Shown here piece by piece: positions 12,042-39,500 of a stretch of 64,000 nt of DNA. Source of the DNA: Tubulanus polymorphus (Eukaryota > Animalia > Nemertea); contig NC_134035.1 of assembly GCF_964204645.1 (NCBI RefSeq), forward strand, positions 1,674,001 to 1,738,000, in the 5' to 3' direction. Under the pieces are notes generated by a model, which was not told where the DNA came from, did no database searches, and was given only the letters and a program-made list of their open reading frames with translations. The position numbers were made by a program, and so were the translations under genes. Positions within the stretch are counted from its first letter, which is position 1. Each line of letters starts with the position of its first letter.

Positions 12042-12258
12042 GGCTAAACAAAAATGATACCTTGTTTCTCCGCAGCGGCCGGGTCATTTTTGTAAAATAT
12101 GATAAAATTTATAAACAGTTCATTTCTATAGCGGCCGGGTCTGTTATGGTAAAATTGATCACGATTTTAAAAGTAATGTAAAGGGTAGATAGGCGGCCGG
12201 CCGGGTCAACATTTAAGTTCAGCAGAGCGGAGAAACAAGGTATCAATTTTTTTTAGCC
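12042..12258. mobile_element. PIF/Harbinger-type MITE with TAA target-site duplication
   Basis: TIR GGCTAAA(C)AAAAATGATACCTTGTTTCTCCGC. TAA at 12039-41 and 12259-61. The empty site AAGTG-TAA-GATATT is visible in the adjacent duplicate at ~11914-11927. Confidence 0.9.
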
Positions 12259-14372
12259 TAAGATATTCTTCATCTAAGTGGGTCCAAGTCTAATTGGGTC
12301 CAAGAGTCAGTTTCTCGAAAATTGTACAGCTATTTTCTATTTCGACTTGACTTGCACATCAGGTGGCCTAGCTCAGTCAGTTTTAGTGGTATATACCTGA
12401 TAGAAGTCTTATTAGGACCAGAAAGGACTGGCAGTTGACGAAAAACATTGTTTTCTGATCCATTCTACACTGTATTTAAGGATTGCAATAAAGTCTTCAT
12501 TGAAAACAGTTAAAATAAAGAAAAGTGGCTCTATGATTCTAACATTAAATTCTAACAATTTATTTCCATGCCTACATAGCAAACTTCAGTTGCTAAGGCT
12601 TTTTTGTAATCATTTGATACAGTGTGCAATGGATTAAAAAACGACTGCCCCTCAGTAAGTTTAGGTAGTATATACCTGATATTAAAGAAACGGGTCAAAA
12701 GGGTAAGCACAGATGGGCAGCTGATCTAAAAGCATCGGTTCCATTTAAACTGCATTGAGGGATAACCTAAATCTTCTTTAACTCAAATGATCTTCAATAC
12801 AACGTAAAATGGATTAAATATCAAAGTTTAAGGTTGGCCGCCTATCTGTGCCATCTCATTTGAGACCTTTATAACAGGTTACGTACTACCAAAACTGACT
12901 GAGCTAGGCCACCTGATGTGCGGCCAAATCTAGTTGAAATAGAAATTAATCGAAAAACAATATTCTTTACCAACACTAATGGATACAAAAATCTTGTAAA
13001 ACCAGGGCCAACTAAAATCGGGGAAGCAATTTCATGACATAAATTTGACACCAAAATCTATTTCATGGCTCAGTATTTTATGAGAATAGATAATTCTAGA
13101 ATATAATCATATTTTGCCTAGTATTTGTTGATTTGTATCAACATCATCCACAGCTAATAGTGATCTAAGGTCTCAGTGAGTTGTATTGTATTCAAACAAC
13201 TGTAAGACATGCCGTTACATTTTGAGCAGCCAGGGTTTGACTAGTTCGCCATCTAGTGGATACTATGAATTATGAGTGTCTATCGGATTAAATTGTCAGC
13301 TGGCAGATGAGCTTGGCAAGAAAGTTTTTCAAATCGATTCTAAAAATATTTACATTTAATTCAGTTTATCTCACCAATAAATTTTTTGTGAAACTGACCC
13401 CTGGACCTAATTAGACTAGGCCCTACGTGAAGAAAATCTTACTCTAAAATCGCTTTTAAATTACTTCAACACGGGTGCATATTGAATCGATTTAGGATTA
13501 ATTTCGTTTTGGGAAAATGTACCCAGGGTCGTATATTTCATATAGGCAGCTATCAGGATCCAGTTTCACAGTTCTGGACCCAGTTCCACAGTTGTAAGTT
13601 AGAGCTAACTGAGTTCATTTTCAATGTTTTAACTACAATCAATTTTGAACTCAGATTTAGAGTTCAGGTTTAAAGCAAATTGAAATGAACTAATTTTAAC
13701 TCAAAGTAAACCAAAGATGAAACCGAGATCGAATGCTGATTTTCAGATGCAGCTCTCAATTCAGAATAATTCTTATCAAAATAATTTCTGATCTTTAGGA
13801 CTAATTTCACACCCCTTAACACTGGACAAAAATGAACTCAGCTAGCTCTACCACAACCTGGAAGCTTTGTTTATTTTCTACCCTTAGCTACGTATAAAGC
13901 TCGGGTCTAAAATCAAAACTTCACTTCAAAAACTTAGGCCTAGTTTACAAAAAATGGCCACCGGGCTGAAGAGGTAGGAGGGAGAGGGATCGCCGCCGAC
14001 GGGGCTTTGTTTCTTCAGTTTTCTTCTGCCGTTCGTTCGACCATCTCATTTTTTCAACCAGTCGCTGCTGTGATGATATTCTCCTGCAGAAATTTGAGAT
14101 CTCAAAAAGATCGGCCTCAAGAATATCGGCGGCGATCAGGATTGAGGAGCGGGATGGGTGCGGAAAGTGGCGCCATTTCAGACGACGGAATATCGAGTTA
14201 AAACATCGTCTGAAATATCAGTTTACATCAATAGATGATCGTCAAAAACTATTTCTACGCCGTCCAAACGACCTCTTCTGTTATATTGGCCGTAAAATCT
14301 ACCGCAAAACGATCCGATTTAACGGATGTAAAGAGATTTAAATCGAAAAAAATCACCAACACGTTTACTTAC

Positions 14373-14490
14373 ATCGCTCGATTTAGCATGAATGATAATG
14401 CGCGCAACGGGCGAGCCAATCACCGTGACGGAAACAATAGGATCCAATCAACGGAACGGATACTATCGGATGCCGGACCACGTGGTGTGT
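14373..14490 (-). promoter_or_regulatory. Candidate first exon and promoter of the micro-exon gene
   Basis: Minus-strand donor GAT|GTAAGT at 14373; CpG-rich patch with CCAAT boxes (~14416, ~14443) and CACGTG (~14479). A second candidate donor GAT|GTGAGT lies at 14685. Confidence 0.45.
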
Positions 14491-14768
14491 TTGAATCGGC
14501 GGCACTCGGATACGGATTCTATAACCGAACCGTCGAAATGATATATCATTATCAATTTCAATTGATGTATCGAAATATCAATTCGACTATCGATAGAAAT
14601 AGAAATGATTATATCGTAGATCTTTTAATATCAGTATCGGATTTTTTTTAGATTTTACGGACGCCCGACGACCAAACAACTCACATCATCCTCGATTGCC
14701 AGGGGCCGGATGAAACGTTGAACGCGGACTGCGTATCGGCCATCGGCACTATCTAGGCTATGAACCCA

Positions 14769-15543
14769 GGGGCGGATACAGGGGGTTGCACCTGCGGCTC
14801 GTGCGACCCCTTGAATTTGTGAAGTGCCCTTTTCAAAAAGATTCTCATGAAAATACAGCGCCAGCAAAATCCGACGTCCGGACCTATGAAATTAATTAGA
14901 ATTTGAATTATTGCGGAAAAGGGCACTTTATATTGCAAAAAATGGCACGTTTCATTGAATCAATTGCCAAAAGGCACGTTATATTGTCAAGAAGGGCACA
15001 TATATTGCGAAAAAGGGCACGTTCATTTGCAAAAAAATTAAGAAAAGTGCTCCAAAAATAGTTTGAAAAATCCTGTTATGGGCACGATTAATCTCCAAAA
15101 TGAGGGCGCATGTGTTCAATCATATTACCGTACTGATGTGCTCTGACAGGGCACAACTCTGTGACTATCGGCACGTTCAAATTGCCAAAAAAATCCTAAA
15201 GGCACATTGTATTGCCAAAAGGGCACGTTCATAAAAATTCAGAAAAGGGCTCAAAAATAGTTGGCTCAAAAAAATGACTAATAACTATCACATTCTAAAA
15301 GGGGCACATTCAAATTGCAATAAATACTAAGAGTGGTTTGTTATTGCCTAAAATTCAGACAAGGGTATTTTTGCTATTTTGATGCCTCAGATGCTCTGAT
15401 AGCTGGTCTTCAAATTTTTAACTGATTCTAAACCCCTTGGTGGCTTCGTACCTTCGGTGCTCGCCTCGTCGTGGTAATACAAATCCGGACAGGTGCCCTC
15501 TTGAATGACTGCTACCCCTTGAATTTGGGCCTAGATCCGTCCC
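14769..15543. mobile_element. TIR element with GGGCGGATCC-type ends and internal AAAAGGGCAC repeats
   Basis: CAG-GGGCGGATAC...GATCCGTCCC-CTG. A related element lies at ~15955-16793 and a short one at ~46790-46960. Confidence 0.7.
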
Positions 15544-15954
15544 TGGAACCGATACCAACCAAACACTTTCAAAAATAACTTGAAACCTTATTTAGAAATA
15601 ATTGCGATTAAGATTTCATCCCCGGCTTTAATTACTCTTGTTAGCTCATGTTTTATTAGTAAAAATGTTCATGTAAGTCCCAGACGAAGTCTCTTGATAT
15701 TTCGGCTAAAACATTTACATGGTGTATTGTTTTTATATACTTGTAATCGATTTTAATAAATTAATCGATTTTCAATCGTCATTGTAATAATTTTGTTCTT
15801 TTTGAATAAATTTCTTTTTAATGTTTCGGATAATTCTATTGATTTTCCTTGTGTAACAATGAGTGAATTGCTAGCTACCTCCTGAGGGAGAGACTCTCTT
15901 TAGTGCCTGCGGACCATGGGGAAGACCATGGGGGAGAACAGTGGAAGAGGCTCA

Positions 15955-16793
15955 GGGGCGGATCCAGGGGGATGGGTAGACAGTATTGGAAGGAAATTGA
16001 AGGGCACCTTTCTGATCTTAGGGCACACCCAGTATCCAAGTCAAAGCGAGCGCGTAAGGCGCGAAGTTCTTAAAGGGGGGTCTGGGGGCCCACCCCCGGA
16101 AAATTTTGAAAATATGGTACCATTTAAAGGCTTTTAGAGGGCTTCTAGAGGCTAGCAGAGCAATCCAGAATAAACGAATTCGAGACAAGATTTCAACAGA
16201 TGCGGATAAAAAATGAAGCTGGCGAACCCATAAAAGAATGGTTGTCGCCAACTTCGCCTAGTGCCCCTATAATCTTTAAAAGTGCCCCTTAACAATTATA
16301 CAGAATACGGCTAAGTGCCCCTTCATTGTTAACAATCGGCAAAAATTGCCTCGTCTTCACATTTATCCTCATGTCGTGTGCCATCTTCCAAACCAAAAGT
16401 GCCCCTAAAATTTTAAAAATTAGGCAAAAAAGTGCCCTTTTCTTCAACATTTTCCGCGTATAGTGCCCTCTTCTAAAGTACGAGTGCCCCTTTAGCCCTC
16501 CCTGAAAAGGCAAGGACAAGGTGCCCTCATCTAAAGCATGAGTGCCCCTTGCAAAAGGAGAGTGCCCTATTTAATTTATCATGATTAAAGGCTTTACAAA
16601 TATGATTATCTCTCCTCACTTTCTCGGCAGCAGTATATACCGATTAATTTTATAATTATGCCCGGATTACGGACACGGAATTAGCGGTTGCTGAAATAAT
16701 GCCGTCAAAAATATTGCCGGTGAAATTTCGAAGGGCACTTAACAATTCTAGACCGTATTGGGCAATACGGCTAATACGGTCTGGGTCCGCCCC
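15955..16793. mobile_element. Second GGGCGGATCC-type TIR element
   Basis: CAG-GGGCGGATCC...GGTCCGCCC-CTG; internal GTGCCCTT repeats are the reverse of those in the neighbouring element. Confidence 0.7.
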
Positions 16794-17555
16794 TGTTTAT
16801 TTTACTTTTGGTCGGTATCGGACGGTTCTGGTCAGTATTCGGCGGTTTCGGTCGGTAATTTACTTTTCCAATTCCAATTCGCTTTGTTGTCGTATTGAAA
16901 AGGTCGCCGTGCTTAAAAAGTGTTTATAAATAGATTTACTCGATATTGTTCAAGCTTTAAGTAAGAATTTAGAAAATGATGAATGAGTATAGAATGTAGA
17001 ATGTATATCTAGAGTTTGAAACATTCGTAAAACTGTTTTAATCCGTCTGCCTAGTTAGTTTTTCCTGATCAATTCAATTAATTATATTTGACGGTGACAT
17101 AATAAATTTCCTTTTTAGTCCTGTTTCTTTAAGAAGCCTAGTTTCAACAACATAATGTTGTTGGTTGTATGGCCCCTGCTATTCATACTTGCTTGCTGGG
17201 TTTTGATTGTAGTTAGTTTACGTGGCTAATGCCATATTATATGGTTGGTGGTGGTAGACTTTTAATTAACAGTTTTATTTATTATGGTATGAGAAGTTAT
17301 TTATTCAATTGCCTTATACCAATGTGCAAGAATGATCCAATTCGTGAAACTAAACCCCTGACAGGTTACTGATTATTACACCACCCAAGATTTCTTAGGC
17401 CTATATCTAGTCGATCAGATGTGTGGTATTGATCAGCTGAATTTCGGTAAAAATAGGGTTTCTTTAATTTCAGATATGTATCAAATAGTACTGATAAACC
17501 AGTTACATTCAGTCTCTATCTGAGAGAATAATGTATCACTATTGAAAAGGTCAGA

Positions 17556-32733
<15,178 letters not shown>

Positions 32734-32774
32734 TGAAAACGGACGGAGAACAAGAATGTCAATTTTACTAAACA

Positions 32775-33197
32775 GAACCCGGTTGTACAGTCAGGACTTA
32801 GATTCAAAACCAGTCTTAGAACATCTTAGTTTATTAAAGTCAATGTAACAACCAGTCTAAGACCATCTAAGTTCTAAAGTCAATCTGACAACTTAAGACC
32901 AGTCTAAGACCATCTCAGTTCTATAGTCAATCTAACAACTTAAGACCATTTTAATTCCATAGTCAATCTCACAACTTAAGACTATCTTACTTCCATAGTC
33001 AATCTAACAACTTAAGACCATCTTAGTTACATAGTCAATCTAACAACTTGAGACCATCTTAGTTCTATAGTCAATCTAACAATTTGAGGCCAGTCTATGA
33101 TCATCTTAGTTCTAGAGTCGATCTAACAACTGAATACTTGTCTCAAGATATAAGACCACTTTTGGACTGAAGTCGTCATGATTGTGCAACATGGCTC
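32775..33197. repeat. MITE family A copy with an internally amplified ~36-46-bp unit, just after the LARGE stop codon
   Basis: Repeated AAGACCATCTTAGTTCTATAGTCAATCTAACAACTT between degenerate family A termini. Confidence 0.8.
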
Positions 33198-33569
33198 TGG
33201 TAATAACTCGGGTATGAATTTTAAGTCGATTATTTCAGATCTGAAATTCGAAGTCAATTGAATGTTTATTTATTCTCTTCGTACGAAGCCGATTGTGATA
33301 TAAGTCATTTTTGTCGTCGATGTTGTCGATATCTGAAACAAAAAACGAATCCAGCATTTAGCAAAAGTCATCATTATTTTATTCCTGATAATGAATGATT
33401 TTATTTCGTGTTCAGCGCCGTAGGTTCTGACAATTGAAGGATTTCGTTTTCTGATTGTTTTTTCATCGAGTGGTTTCACCTTACTTGAGCGTATCCAGAA
33501 ATTGTGTCAAGTGATTAGTAAATCTTGCGTAGCTCGAGGTAGAAATTTAAATCTTATTTTCAGGTATGA

Positions 33570-33945
33570 ATCTACTGTCTGTACACTGCGCCCCCTCAGG
33601 CAATATGCTGTCCGGACAGACAGCACCAACCCTTTTCAGACAATTGGCTGTCTGTACCGACCTCTCAATCTGCTCTCTGTACCCTACATCCCCTCAGGCA
33701 ATCTGCTGTCTGTACCCTACATCCCCTCAGGCAATCTGCTGTCTGTAACCTACACCCCCTAGGACAATCCACTCTCTTATACCCCTGCACCCTCTCAGAC
33801 AATCTGCTATCTGTACCCTACACCCCTCAAACAATTTAATTGTACCCTACACCCCCTAGGACAATTCGCTGTCTGTATCCTGCACCCTCTCATACAATCA
33901 GCTGTCTGTACCCTACACCCTCTCAGACAATCAGCTGTCTGTACC
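33570..33945. repeat. ~33-bp degenerate minisatellite
   Basis: Repeated CAATCTGCTGTCTGTACCCTACA(T/C)CCCCTCAG. Confidence 0.85.
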
Positions 33946-34643
33946 AAAACGAAATTATTTTTCAGTACCTACATGTAGAACATTATGCTTTTTACCTGAA
34001 GTGTATTGCAATTTATTGTGTGACGTTTTAAAGAAAATCTGATAGAACAAAATCATTTTTTTGATAAATCTTCTTCGTACTTACTTATACGTGTATTGAT
34101 TGTCCATTGTAGTATTCTGATTTGTTTTTGTATCATGTATTTCATATATTTGTAATCACATCGGTATTGTTTTTAGAAAAATCGTCTTTAAAATTATCCA
34201 CTGAGCGAGAATTTTGTGATATTTGTGATGCATGTATGTGTGCATATATTGTTCGTGTGTAATTTTATAATATTTATAAATTCAAACAATAAATGATTAT
34301 TTTCTACTTAATCTCTTTGTTTTTAGCATTAATCGGTAGTTTGTGGTTTTATTTCGCTGAAATTGAAGAATCTTGTTTTGATATTTTTGGATGCATTGAA
34401 TCATCTAAAGTAAAGCTCATCCAACTCATCGACAAGCCAGGACCGAAAAAAATTGGTTTGAGATAAGCGAATTCCAGTAAGGGTCGGAAAATAAGAGATA
34501 ATTGTGTTTTTGTGCGTTATTCAATTGTTCGAATTGGGCAGATTATCTCGAGCCCGCACACTTTAACTTTCACCGTCTCGTGCTGCCACCTAGACAACCT
34601 CTCGCCATATTGGATTTTGTGCACTGTGAGCAAGTCAATTATA

Positions 34644-35864
34644 ATGGTATGTTTTTACTCGAAATATTCCCGATTTCCTGATATGATTACAGTTTTAAAC
34701 TAATTTAATGAATAGTGGAATATATTTGCTTTACGATTAAAGCACGATTACGCGTGGATGGCTCGTATTAACCGCACTAAACCATCTCGAGTGAAACAAC
34801 TCGGAAATCTTCCATTTCTGTCACCAAACTTCACGTTGGCATTCTAGAAATAATTTCCTAAAACCTTGGTTTCAAGCTTGGCTGTTTTAAAATCCAAAAT
34901 CTCATTTAAGTTTCACATAGTCTCAGAGGTCGATTTTACAGACTTGAATGCTACTGATAATCAGCGTCTGAGAACTGTGTCGAAATGTCAGTAATTTTCA
35001 ATCAATGCTTATTACCGGTATATTACTTTTAGGCTGCCCACAAGACTTTCCGAATTAAACAGAAGCTTGCCAGAAAGCTGAAACAAAATCGACCAATCCC
35101 ACAATGGGTTCGAATGAGAACTGGTAATACTATCAGGTGAGTCAATTATTGTTTTCAGAGAGGCTACAAGGCAGATCAAGGAATAATCGGCGAATTCAAG
35201 TTCTGAAATTTCTTGTTAGATGGCGCTAGTTAGAAAGCGTTACTTTTATCTGCCACGGCATAGCCAAACTTTTGGTGTTCTTTAGGGCTATGTGTATTAA
35301 GCGAAATTGTTTGCAAGGTAGAACCCTTGTAGATCGGGTTATCCAGCCATTCAAGAATTGATATTTTATTCAGATTTCCCATAAACCGGATTATTTTCAT
35401 AGGTCACAAATGATCTGAGGCCGGTTCCATAGTCAGGGTTTCAATTTTAAGACCATGTCTAAGACTAAATTAGTTCCATGGCCAATTTAACAACTTAAGA
35501 CCAGTAAAGACTCAAGATCATGGAACCAGCTCATCTAAAGGAAGGGTTATTCTCTGTGGCACTATCCCAGAAGTTGAGTTGTTTTGTTGCATAATTTGAC
35601 CTTTTCGTCTTATGACGAGAGAAATCCCACAATAACGAAGACAAGATTGAAAAATTCTATATCAGAATGATTGTATTTGAGGAGCGACGTTTCGGCTAAC
35701 AACTGTTAGCCATCATCAGGCGTACTGAGTACAAAATCAAATAACAGGGTATTGTGTATCTTCTCGTCCAACTATTTGTTTAATATTCTCTATCTATGAT
35801 TTTATCTGTTTTCAGATACAACGCCAAGAGACGTCACTGGAGAAGAACGAAGTTGAAGTTGTAA
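34644..35864 (+). CDS. RPL39: 60S ribosomal protein L39 (eL39), 51 aa
   Basis: Exons 34644-34646 (ATG only), 35033-35136 and 35816-35864: [57 protein letters not shown] at ~36025. Confidence 0.98.
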
Positions 35865-36414
35865 ACGATGAGAAACGAACTCTTGAAAAATAATGATATT
35901 TTTTTCACCTCAAAACTGCGACTACATAACTACACCGACAATGTAAATCGATCGTTCGTAGATGACTGGAACTATAAGTTTGAGATGATAAAAATGTTGT
36001 CTATACCAGTGTAAAAAAAAGAAAAATAAATTCGAAAAATAATTTACTTCATTTTGTAATGAACTTAGTTTACTTCATATTTGTTGTCAGGCGATCAAAG
36101 AGAATGTTTAGGATTGTGATTATCTTGAGGACATGGAGTGGAAATAGTGATGGTAACAGCAATTGCTTGAAAACATAGTTTGGAGGGGAATTGTAACTAC
36201 AAATTCAGCCTACATAGTAAAATCGCTCTTTGGAAATCAAAGTCTTCTTGGAAGGTTACTTCTATCGTGTTCCACAACCTGCATCTTCGCTTGCCAGGGT
36301 GCCTGCGATTGGAGCATACCATGGCAAGTGAGGAGTATCAGTAGGTCAATAAAAGTATGATTGAATTGGTAGATGCAGTGCTGCTACCTATTGAGCTATT
36401 CAATATTTCCTGGC

Positions 36415-36482
36415 AAGTGACGTCATCGTACGGGCATTCGACGAGCAAATCAGCTACTGATGGCTTGAATTAACCAATCACC
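36415..36482 (+). promoter_or_regulatory. ZXDC-like gene promoter with CRE and CCAAT box
   Basis: Palindromic TGACGTCA at 36418-36425 and CCAATCA at ~36474, upstream of a CpG-rich first exon. Confidence 0.55.
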
Positions 36483-36553
36483 GACGAGGAAGCCTGCTTT
36501 CTGTAAATTGATGTGTGGGACCCCGGATGAATTGGGCTACACGGGGTACGACT

Positions 36554-39500
36554 ATGTCGAATAACGGGGGCCTTATTCCAGGAAAAAATGGCGGCGCCCA
36601 CGGGGACTCACATGGAGCCGGACCCGGTTGGGCGAAAGCAGTGTCGATACTGTCAAAAACGAGCGACACGACGACGACGAATGGTGATATTACGAGCATC
36701 GATACCAGCAGCGCGGATCAAACACTGATACAAAATCAAGATGGCGCCGATCAGCAGCGGCACGATGAGTCGGCCTCCAACAATACAACAACAATAACAA
36801 GAAGTAGGCTCCACTGACTGGCATTGACACTGACAGTACTCCTTTCTATACTACTGTCCCCACACCCCAGCCCGAGTACTTCAACACATAATGATCCCAT
36901 TATTGATAATTAAATTATAGTAATAGTATTGTTGTGGCACCACCATGGTTCCTGTGAATAAGTAGTGTGGCGAATTGAAATAATCCAAAATTTGATGGAC
37001 TACCAACTTGACAGTTTATCACATTCCTTAATTCGGACCTGGCGCAAAAATGTATTGACCCCACTATATACCTATCCTATTATCAGTCATTGTCAATCTC
37101 AATGATAATTCACGCAAGCCTAATGCTTAATAACTGTCATAGGCCAAGTACAGTACGTCTACTTATAGCCTTCTTTCATTCGCTAGCATTCCTTACTTAA
37201 GTTAAGCATTTCTTTGCCCTGTTAAAAATTCAAACCTCATTACATATTCATCAGTGTCCTTAGAGACAATGCGTTAACCCATGGCAGGTTACGGCTAAAT
37301 CATAAAACCATTATTCTACGATAGTTACCGCTGCTGATAATGAAGATTTCATTTATTTCAGATGCGAAAAATGTTCCCATTAACGTGGCGACTAGTAGTG
37401 GCTACAACAATGCCCAGAACATCGTCGACGTATTCATGGCTAAAAATCTCGATTTCACGGGTAACGGCTCGGTCGGAGAGGAGTCAACGGTCGACGACCA
37501 GCGGGTCGAATGTATTGAAGAGAAAATCACTCAATGCGTAACGATCGAGGATCTGTTTAACAGCACCGGTGATATATCGGTCGTTAACCTATCCGACTCG
37601 TTTCCGCCGGTCGACGAGTCGACCGAATCGACCGGCGTCGCGGCGAAGAGTCTGGATTTATGTAACTACGCGGACGGTACGACGGGTATACACGGGTTAA
37701 CGGCGCAGGATCGCGCGTGTCTCGAAGAGCTCGAACGCGGCTCGAATCTGAGCGTCGAGGAACGCGAGATGCTCGAGGCGAGTTGTAAAGATTTGTCGAG
37801 TTTCGAATTCGTCAATTTAGACCTGGACGAAGAGAACGATCGCACGGCGGCGATGTTGATGAGTCCGCTGCCGAACGGCGGGTTAGAATTCGACGACGAT
37901 GACGACGAAACTGTCGGTTTATCCGGCGTCGTGTCGGCAGCCGACGACGACGAAAATAAAAACGACGAGCCGACCGTTGCTGCGGCGAGTGAGGAAATGA
38001 TGGACTACGACTGCGGCGCGTTAGAACGAAAACCGGACATCGCCGCGATCAAACCGGTCGTCGCCGGCTCGAAGTCGAAACAAGTAAAGAATCCGAGCGG
38101 TCCGTCGACGATAACCGTATCGAATAATTCATCGACGAATATCGCTCAGATCGTCATTCAAACTCCGCAAGGACAACAGGTACGTCAGTTAGACCATCTC
38201 CATCCTCCCCGTCAGGGATTCAAACCTGATGGTATCAAGACTTGCCACGCTACAAAAGCTACATGCGCAGCTAAGATGATGTCATTAGTAGCCAATCAGA
38301 AATCCTGTTTTATTTTGCTATCAGGTTCGAATCCCTGCCGAGGGAGGATGGCCCATCTCTTTAGCGTTTAATTACAGTTTGCCGTCTTTTACTGTTTTAA
38401 GCTGCTGGAATTTTGAATTTATTGTTTACCTATTCCTGAATTAGATTAGATTTTGATGTCGATACTATTTTGATTTTGAAGGTGATACAGATAAACACTA
38501 CAGAGCTCGCGCAGGCAACGTCGCAGCCGATATTTCTGGCTCGTGAGGATATAAAACCGAACGTGCAGCTTAGTTCAACATCGAACCTGACTGACTCTGC
38601 AATGACCAATCAAAAAGATGGTTAGTAAGATTCTTAACGATCCCTGAGATTGGATACTGTGGGTGTATATAAAAACATGTCTAGTTCTACAATACTATAC
38701 CCTGCTTATTTTGGATCATTTGGCACAAATTAGATTCATCCGGTTTATGATAAATCTGGAGGATATAACTTCATGTTTTAGATACATTTATGTATAGGTG
38801 GACTCTTAGAAAACCTAGAATAGTTTGAAATCCAGATTAAGTTATCGAAGCCCTCGTAGAGAACACGGAAGGAGAATGAAATGTATCAGTTCACTGTTGT
38901 ACTATTTTCTATTTGAATCAGGATTGTTGCTGATACCGTTGACCGGTAATAACACTAACAGTCGACCAGAACAACCGCAACAGCACCAACTCGCCAATAA
39001 AGCCAAAGACACGAATCAAAATGTCGTAATGAGAGTCGTAAATGATTCGACATTAATCACTGAAGATCTCATTCTTGATGTGAGTAATTTTTAGTCTATT
39101 TCGTTTTCCAATGGATGGATCTTACCAGAGTGTCCCAAGAGGGGCGAAATTCCACCAAAGCATCCCTCTCAAGATGTACTAGTCCTAAAAGCAAGCCAAA
39201 TAAAAGTGGCCACCCTGATTATTCGCTCATCGTTTTATGCTTCGTGTGGCTTGATCCTAACTGTAAGGTTTTAATCGAGTGACCTGAGATTAAAACCAAA
39301 CGATATTAATTATTGCGATGTTTTGTTCATTGCGTAGCCGATGACGATGGAACCGGTGTCGTCGATACCGATTATTCCCGAAAAATCCGAAGACGGAAAT
39401 CGTATTTACGTGTGTTCGATGCCCGATTGTAAGAGAACATTCCAGAAACCATCGAAACTGAAGATACATTTAATGCAGCACACCGGCGAACGACCTTTCA

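Noticed and set aside
35225-35365. Intronic H/ACA snoRNA in RPL39
   Set aside because: Hairpins are visible but no properly placed H box or ACA was found. An Infernal scan would settle it.
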